Shown piece by piece: positions 56,554 to 64,000 of a stretch of DNA of 64,000 nucleotides (positions are counted from its first letter, which is position 1; the number at the start of each line of letters is the position of its first letter). Under the pieces are notes generated by a model. It worked only from the letters and a program-made list of their open reading frames with translations. It was not told the DNA's origin and made no database searches. Made by a program: the position numbers and the translations under genes. This DNA is from Paramecium tetraurelia (taxonomy: Eukaryota). Location of the stretch: NCBI GenBank assembly GCA_000165425.1, contig CT868119.1:310001-374000 (forward strand), written 5' to 3'.

Positions 56554-57198
56554 ATGTTAAATTTTAAGAATATTTACAGATTATTTATTCAAGCTAAACC
56601 TACACCAAACCCAAACTTTTTGAAATTTATTCCAGATGGTAAATAAGTAATGCTCAACGGAACATATGATTTTTCAAGGCCAAGAGAAGCCAAGTGTTCA
56701 CCTTTGGCTTAAAAACTATTTATGATTGATGGAGTCAATAGAGTATTTTATGGAAAAGACTATATTTCTATTTCCAAAAACGAAGAAAGCAAATGGGAGG
56801 AACTAAAGCCATAAATATTTGAGCAGATAATGGAACATTATTAATTAGATGCAGAAGGTAAAGAAAAATAATTGATCATTGATGGTTACTCAGAAAATCA
56901 AGACACCTAAATCAAAGAAGAGGATTCAGAAGTATAAAGTGTATCTAATTAGGCTATTCAATTAATTAAAGAAATTATTGATACTAGGATCAGACCTACA
57001 GTTTAAGAAGATGGAGGGGACATAGTATTTAGAGATTTCGATGAATAAAACGGAATTGTTCATTTATACATGAAAGGTTCATGTGCAGGTTGTCCTTCAT
57101 CTTCAATCACTTTGAAAAATGGAATTGAAAGAATGTTGTGTCATTATGTTGCAGAAGTAAAAGAAGTTGTTGCTGAAGACTATGTTGGTTCTGATTGA
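56554..57198 (+). CDS. NFU1: NFU1 iron-sulfur cluster scaffold, mitochondrial
   Basis: [63 protein letters not shown]. Confidence 0.96.
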
Positions 57199-58466
57199 TT
57201 AATGAGTTGTTTTTAGTTTAATAAACCTGAATAATTTCTTATTCTTCTGCTTCCTCATTTATTTTATATAAATTATTTAATCATACTACACCTTTTCAAA
57301 TATAACCCATATTCTTATTCAATGAAATTTTAAATCTCGAAAAGTAATTATTATTATAAGCCATACAGGAATAATCTATATTAGCTCAATAAATAAAGAA
57401 ATTTATTTATGGTGTTTTTTAATAAGCAATTTTAAATGATAAAATAAATATTATTTATAAAGCTAATTGAATACTTCAAATTATCATTTTATAATCTCCA
57501 ACCATTTCAGAATAATATTCGAACATATATTTGGTGAGTGTCATTTTTTTAGAGGAATAGACTTTTTTTTTAAATAAATTTTATCTATTAATAATAATAT
57601 CAACTAATTCTAAAAATTTTAGTTCCTTTAAATAGCTTGATTCTCATTTAGAGAAATATATTATTCATCATTACCATCTTGAATCACATAGAGGCATCTT
57701 TATATAAATACACCTGCTCATTTCTGATTTTTATATGAGGAACTTTAATACTATTAGAAAGGATAGTTTTTTTTTATTTTGATGTCTGTCTAAGAACGAA
57801 TATGTTATTTTACAACTTTATAAGCTAAATTTAAATTCTATTGATAAATAGAGTATTAATTCAAATTGAATTATGGAAGACAAGAAGCAAATTATATGTA
57901 TTACTTAGATAAGTTGTTTAAAAGACCAATCAAACTATCTAAATAATTTACACTACATAACTAATAATTTGAGTATTTTGTTAGTGTATTTTTCCAATAT
58001 TATTTAAAAAATGAGCACTTATGATAAAATTAAAAAAAGGTAATTCAATATTTAAATATATTAAATAAAATCTTGTAGTTTTACGCTATTAAATCATTAT
58101 GACATAAACTCAGAATACAATATATGATATTTTTAATAAAATGAACTACATTTAAATCCTACATTCATTTGATCAGATTCCTCACTTAATTTTGTTAAAT
58201 AGTTGAATAATGTTTACAATTTTCGGTAGCATGAAAAATTAGTTAATTTAAGAGCAAGAATAATTTATAGTAACTTTGATTGATTATTAATTAATTAAAT
58301 CTGAAGCATTAATAAAACTTTATGTACATCCACAATTAAAATTAGTAGAAAGAATTTAATATTGTTTCTTAGAAAAATTCTCACGAAATAATTTGTTGTA
58401 TTTATGTAACCATTTTAAATTTACTTTTTAAATTTTTATTTATTTATAGGATTTCTGAAAATTCTT

Positions 58467-61400
58467 ATGAGTGACAGCAGTCCAGAGAAGAAACAAAATG
58501 AATTAGAAATGACTAGGTAAAAAAAGGATAGTGATACCAATAATTAAATACTTACTGTATTAAACGATTAATAGGAGGAGTCTTAGCAGGAATAATAACC
58601 TTTAAATTTGTAGGAAGGATAAGATGAACCTTCAATGTTGACGATTCCTGAGGAAGAAGAAGAAAAGTTTTATCCTTACTACCATGGTGAGGATAGCTGG
58701 ATGATATCAAAGTTTTTTTTTTTACATCTAACAAAATATTCATTATTTTTGAAGAGAAATGTATTAGACAAAGGACATAAAATTGCTGATAAACACTTAC
58801 CAAAATTATCACCTTGGGAAGACTTAAAAGAAACTGTGGAAGTGTCATAAAGAACAGTTAATTAGAAAAAAAAAATTTCTTGTGGTGATTTAGTGAAAAT
58901 TATTTTTTTTGGTTAATTAAAGTGGATAAGTATAGGATGTTTTTTCTCATACTGTCTAGAAGCAGTTGTAAGAAATGGCGTATCAATGGTAATGAGCAAA
59001 GTGATTACTAGTGCTGCAAAAGATGAAAGAGATAATGCATATGGGTTTGCTATATTGTTAGTGTTTCTAAATTTACTTTGTGTTTTTACAAGGCATCATG
59101 GTTATAACTTAGCAATGATTTTTTCATCAAAAGCAAGAATGGTACTTATAAATTTAGTCTACATAAAATTAACCGAATTAAGTGCGTACTCCATAAAAGA
59201 GGCAAATATAGGTAAAATTTTAAATTTAGTTTCTGGTGATATTAATTACCTTGAATTTGTACTTATTATGATATTCTAAAGTAGTGTATGTTTCATATCT
59301 ATTATTTTTGGATGCTACATTCTATGGGATAGGTTTAGTGGACCTATAGGAATGATCGCACTTGCTATTATATTCGTAGCCTACCCTATCTAAATAGTTC
59401 TCTAATCTTTTAATTCAGAGACTCTAAAAAATTCTAAGTAATATTAAGATCAAAGATTAAAACTGACTAATGAACTTATTGAAGGTGTTAGACTTATTAA
59501 AATGTATGCATGGGAACAAGCCTTCAATAACATGATATCCATTATGAGAAAAAAGGAATACATTTGCTTATTAACAATAAGTTTTAGAACAGCCATTGAT
59601 AGATTATTTAGTTTAATATCTCAAGTTTGGTCAAGTTTTGTTTTCTTTGTTATTTTGTATTACGGAGGATTCAGATAAACAATGAACGTAGCTGAAATGA
59701 TTTCAACAATCCAATTACTTACATTTTTTAAAATAAGTTGTGTATTTATGGTATCCTATGGAATTTAATCAATAATTCATATAAAAGTATCTTTTACAAG
59801 AATTGCAACTATTTTAAACATTGAAAATTCAGAGATGTTAAATTTAGATAAACTTCAATTGAAAACAGATAATAATACTCAACACTAAGATTATAATGGT
59901 CCAAGAATTCAACTTTAAAATTTTACTTCATTTTGGACAAGCAAAGTCTCTGCAACTACAAAACCAGTTCTTAAAAATTTAACACTAGATATATAAGCAG
60001 GAGAGGCTTGGGCTTTTATTGGAAGAGTTGGTTGTGGAAAATCAACTCTCCTTAGTGCCTTCCTTTATGAAATTCCTGCTTATAAGGGATCATTTAAAAT
60101 TGATGGTTAAGAGGCAAATAAAGGTGTCTTAAGCATAGCCTATGTTGAATAAGAACCATTTATCTTTCCTGATACTATTAAAAAAAACATTTTGTTTGGT
60201 AGACCATATGATAAAGTTTTGTATCAAAAAGTCTTACATGCATCCTAATTGGAAGCAGATTTATCCTTAATGAAATTTTAAGATCATACCGAAATCGGAG
60301 AAAGAGGTACTACTCTCTCAGGAGGTTAAAAGGCTCGTTTATCCTTGGCTAGAGCATTATATCAATAGGCTGACTTATATTTATTTGATGATCCTCTATC
60401 TGCAGTAGATGCCAGTGTAGCTAAAAACATCTTTCATATGGCCATCAAAGAATTCATTTTTGATTATTAAATAAAAAGAAATCCATCAAAGAAGAAACCT
60501 ATTGTTATTTTGGTTACCCATTAGGTATAATATGCAGTTGAATGTGATAAAATTGCTATATTAAATGATGGAGAATTAATCTCTTAAGGAACCTATGAAG
60601 ATATTAAATCAAATTTATATATGATCAATGAAGAATTAGCTTAATAATTAAATAACACAAAAGAAACAACAAAATAAGAATTTGTGAGACCACAATTCTA
60701 AAAAAGAACAAAAATAAGAAGTTCTGTTGCCAATAATCTTATAGGTAAGGAAGCAGATCAACAATCATTGATTAACTTAAAAACATATGTGAGATACTAT
60801 AAATTTTGGAATTTCTTGATCATTTTATGTGTTTTATGTTTGGAAGCTGGTTCTGAAGTTCTTAATAATTTCTATTAAAGAATCATTTCTCTTTTTTAAG
60901 AATATTAATAAGAGGATGATATAGACACAGCCTATTATCTTTTAGGAATGTTAACTTTGGGACTTTTCCTTTCTAATTTTTTTAAATATGCTTTAAACAC
61001 TTATTCTGTTTAAACTTCTACTTAGAAAATACATTAACAAATGCTTAGATCTTTAACTTTAGCCCCAGTTTCATACTTTGATGTGAATCCATCAGGAAGA
61101 ATTATAAATAGATTTTCAAACGATTTATCTTTGTGTGATAATCAAACAAACTCTGTTAGTTTGGATGTTTTAGAAATTATGGGTGGTTTTTTTTTTGCTC
61201 TAATAACTCTGGCTATCTTATAACCATACTTTTTGATAATGATTGTCTTTATTATTGTCATTGATATATATTAGTATAGCTATGCAAAGAAGATAATTAG
61301 TTAACTAAAAGAGGTTGAATTGATGTAAAGAAGCCCTTTATTTGATTTTCTAAAAAAGACTTTAGGAGGTGTAATATAAGTTAGAGTTTATGAATAATAA

Positions 61401-62564
61401 GCTTGGTTTAGAAAATAATTTTTAGAAATATCAAATAAATGCAATCTTAATGCTTTAACCTATTATTATTCTTCAAGATCTTTTGGATTTAATCTAGATG
61501 TTGTAGGATTTATAGCTTAGACAGTTGGTATATTCATATTTGTTAAATTAAATTATGATAATGTTGCAATTTTATCTCAAGGATTATTACTTTTGACTAC
61601 TTATAATGATTCTTTGTAATGGGGATTAAGATAATTAATCACATTTGAAACCTAAATGAACTCTTATAACAGAATGTTCTAGGTTATTGATATTTAACCA
61701 GAGGCTCCTCATGTAAAAGAAGAGGATACCAAATATCCAGATTTTCCAAAAGACGGTAGAGTTAAATTTGAAAATGTTTTTATGAGATACAGATAAAATT
61801 GTGATTTAGTGTTAAAGGGATTATCATTTGAAATTTTAAGTGGTGAAAAGATAGGTTGTGTTGGAAGAACAGGAGCAGGAAAGTCTTCAATTTTATAGGC
61901 AATTTTTAGAATGTCAGAAATTGAAAATGATAAAGAATCAAAATTATTAATATCCGACTTGGATGTTAGAAAATTAGGATTGCATAAATTGAGAAGTAAC
62001 ATTGGAATCATTCCTTAATCGCCTTTCTTATTTACAGGAACTATTAGAAGAAATTTGGATCCCTTCGATAGTTTTACTGATGAATAATTATGGAAAGCCC
62101 TTGAGCAAACAGACCTAATAAAGCATGTAAAAGCATTTTCAAATGGTCTATTAACTGACATGAGTGATGTCAATTCAGTTTTTTCTGTTGGTTAAAAATA
62201 ATTAATTTGCCTAGCCAGAATCATTCTTTTCTAAAAGAAAATTATTGTTTTGGACGAGGCCACTGCAAATGTTGATATGAAAACTGATGATTTTATTTAG
62301 GAAACTTTAAAAAAGAAATTTACAGATTGTACTTTAATCACAATAGCACATAGATTAAACACAATTGCTGATTACGATAAAGTTATGGTTGTAAGCGAGG
62401 GTTAAGTTATTGAATTTGATACTCCTTTTAATTTATTAGCTAATTCAATTAATTCAACATCTGTAGATAAGAGTACAGAATTTTCGAGACTGGTTAAGAA
62501 TACTGGTGACTAAAATGCTTAAGCAATTTTTGATATTGCGAAATAAAAGCACATCAAAAAATGA
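58467..62564 (+). CDS. ABCC/MRP-family full ABC transporter (TMD-NBD-TMD-NBD), 1365 codons, no evident intron
   Basis: NBD1 [35 protein letters not shown]2 [36 protein letters not shown]; a single frame from ATG to TGA. Confidence 0.96.
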
Positions 62565-62935
62565 TTTTTATTAATTTCTAATAAATAACAAATAATTTTA
62601 TTATATTGGAACTCAAATATCTTATCAATTATTAAAACTAAAGAATTTCCTTGTAATTCATTAATCTTATTGATTAAGGAATTATAATATTCAATATAAA
62701 TATTTTATTAAACTCAATCATTTTTGCTATGCCTTAACTTTTAATGGTTTTAATCTATTTAACCAAAGGATTTACTTAGATTTTATCATAATTTGAGTTA
62801 CAATATCATTTTTATTTATTATTTACAGTAAAATATAAATTATTATAAGAAGAAGGGATAAACTATATAAAGATACAGCAAATTGTATGTTCGATTTAAA
62901 TGATAACAACATTTTTTTATATTTATAATAATGTA

Positions 62936-64000
62936 TCATTATTATCCTTTATATTATTATCTCCAATTTTCGACTTCTTCTGGCTTGACTAAAAATAATT
63001 AATAATATTAGAATACATTCTCTAAAGATAGGTACTGGCTAATTGATTGGTTATCCTGGCTTGACAAGATTTAAAAGGGCAGATACATTGTTATCGTAGG
63101 ATAATACATGTTCAAAGAGCTTGTCATCCTTTTCTGTTCTTTAGTTAAAGCCTAAAGTGAAATTGATTTTAGCAGAGACAGAAGGCATGAATGGTTCAAT
63201 CAAAGCACTAACAAATCTGATAGCATTGACTGCAACAAATAATATCACATCAGATCTTTTAGATTCTTTTTGTTCCTTTTCCCATGCTTTTTCATCTTGA
63301 ATGTATTTGTTAACAAGACTGCTTAATTCCATGGCTTTTCTAAGTGCATCTTTGATTTCAACTTTTTCAAATGCTTCTAGATATTCAGTCTTAAACTTAT
63401 TCAAGAATAAATTAATAAATTCTTCATCTTTTGGTGTTAATTGATTCAATTCAACTTATGGGATTTATTTGTTATAGTTTTTATAGATGAAATTAAGGGC
63501 ACGATTAACAAGATTACCAAGGTTAGGTAAAAGTTCATTGTTATTTTTATTAGCAAAATCATTCCAAGTAAATACAGTATCACTCTTTTCTGGACGATTG
63601 GCTAATAAATAATATCTAAAGATTTCATTTGGAATTTCAGTATTTTAAGCATTGTCACCAAACACTCCTGTTCCTCTAGACTTTGAAAATTTGCCATCTT
63701 CATAATTTAAATACTCTGTAGTGGAGATAGTTTTCAAAAGAGTATAATCTAATCCAGTTCCCATTAAAGTGGATGGGAAAATAACAGTGTGAAATGGAAC
63801 ATTATCTTTACCCATAAACTAAAATAATTCAACATTCTCTGGATTCATCCACCATTATTTCCAATCTTTAATAAAATTGGCTGTAATGCTTAAATAACCA
63901 ATTGGTGCATCAAACCAAACATAAAATACTTTATCTTTATATTCTTCTAGTGGCACTTACACACCCCATTTAAGATCTCTTGTAATGCATCTTTCTTTCA
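62936..64000 (-). CDS. MARS: Methionyl-tRNA synthetase, 3' part (5' end lies beyond the window)
   Basis: [51 protein letters not shown]; terminal short intron, TGA at 62936-62938. Confidence 0.95.

Noticed and set aside
57199..58466. AT-rich spacer upstream of the ABCC gene
   Set aside because: No repeat, ORF or RNA motif found by eye.

Overview
This is AT-rich, gene-dense eukaryotic DNA from a ciliate macronuclear genome, most likely Paramecium. TAA/TAG read as Gln, TGA is the only stop, genes carry 20-30 nt GT..AG introns, and intergenic gaps are often under 60 nt. The supplied ORF track uses the standard code, so it fragments nearly every gene. I re-read the window by hand with the ciliate code and spliced introns, which gives about 30 protein genes. 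These are prohibitin, XRN2 (three single-base insertions), a CDPK, two tandem purple acid phosphatases, SIN1, a HECT E3 ligase, a J-protein, a two-pore channel, a reticulon-like protein, a twin-CX3C small-Tim-like protein, a SNU23/ZMAT2 pseudogene, PLPBP/YggS, an MCPH1-like triple-BRCT protein, two TTLL enzymes, two tandem copines, a degenerate membrane histidine-kinase-like protein, PP2C, RPB7, a PP4R1-like HEAT protein, a large TM/PAS-like protein, a PH-like kinase, a kelch-like CaaX protein, NFU1, an ABCC transporter and the 3' part of MetRS. The most notable items are: (1) a HECT ligase with a deubiquitinase-type DUSP-UBL module fused ahead of an E6AP-like AZUL zinc finger; (2) a purple acid phosphatase carrying a collapsed, apparently catalytically dead N-terminal copy of itself; (3) divergent gene pairs with only 9-42 nt between first ATGs. 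I saw no tRNA, rRNA, CRISPR, telomeric repeat or transposon. All domain calls come from motif recognition by eye, not database searches.
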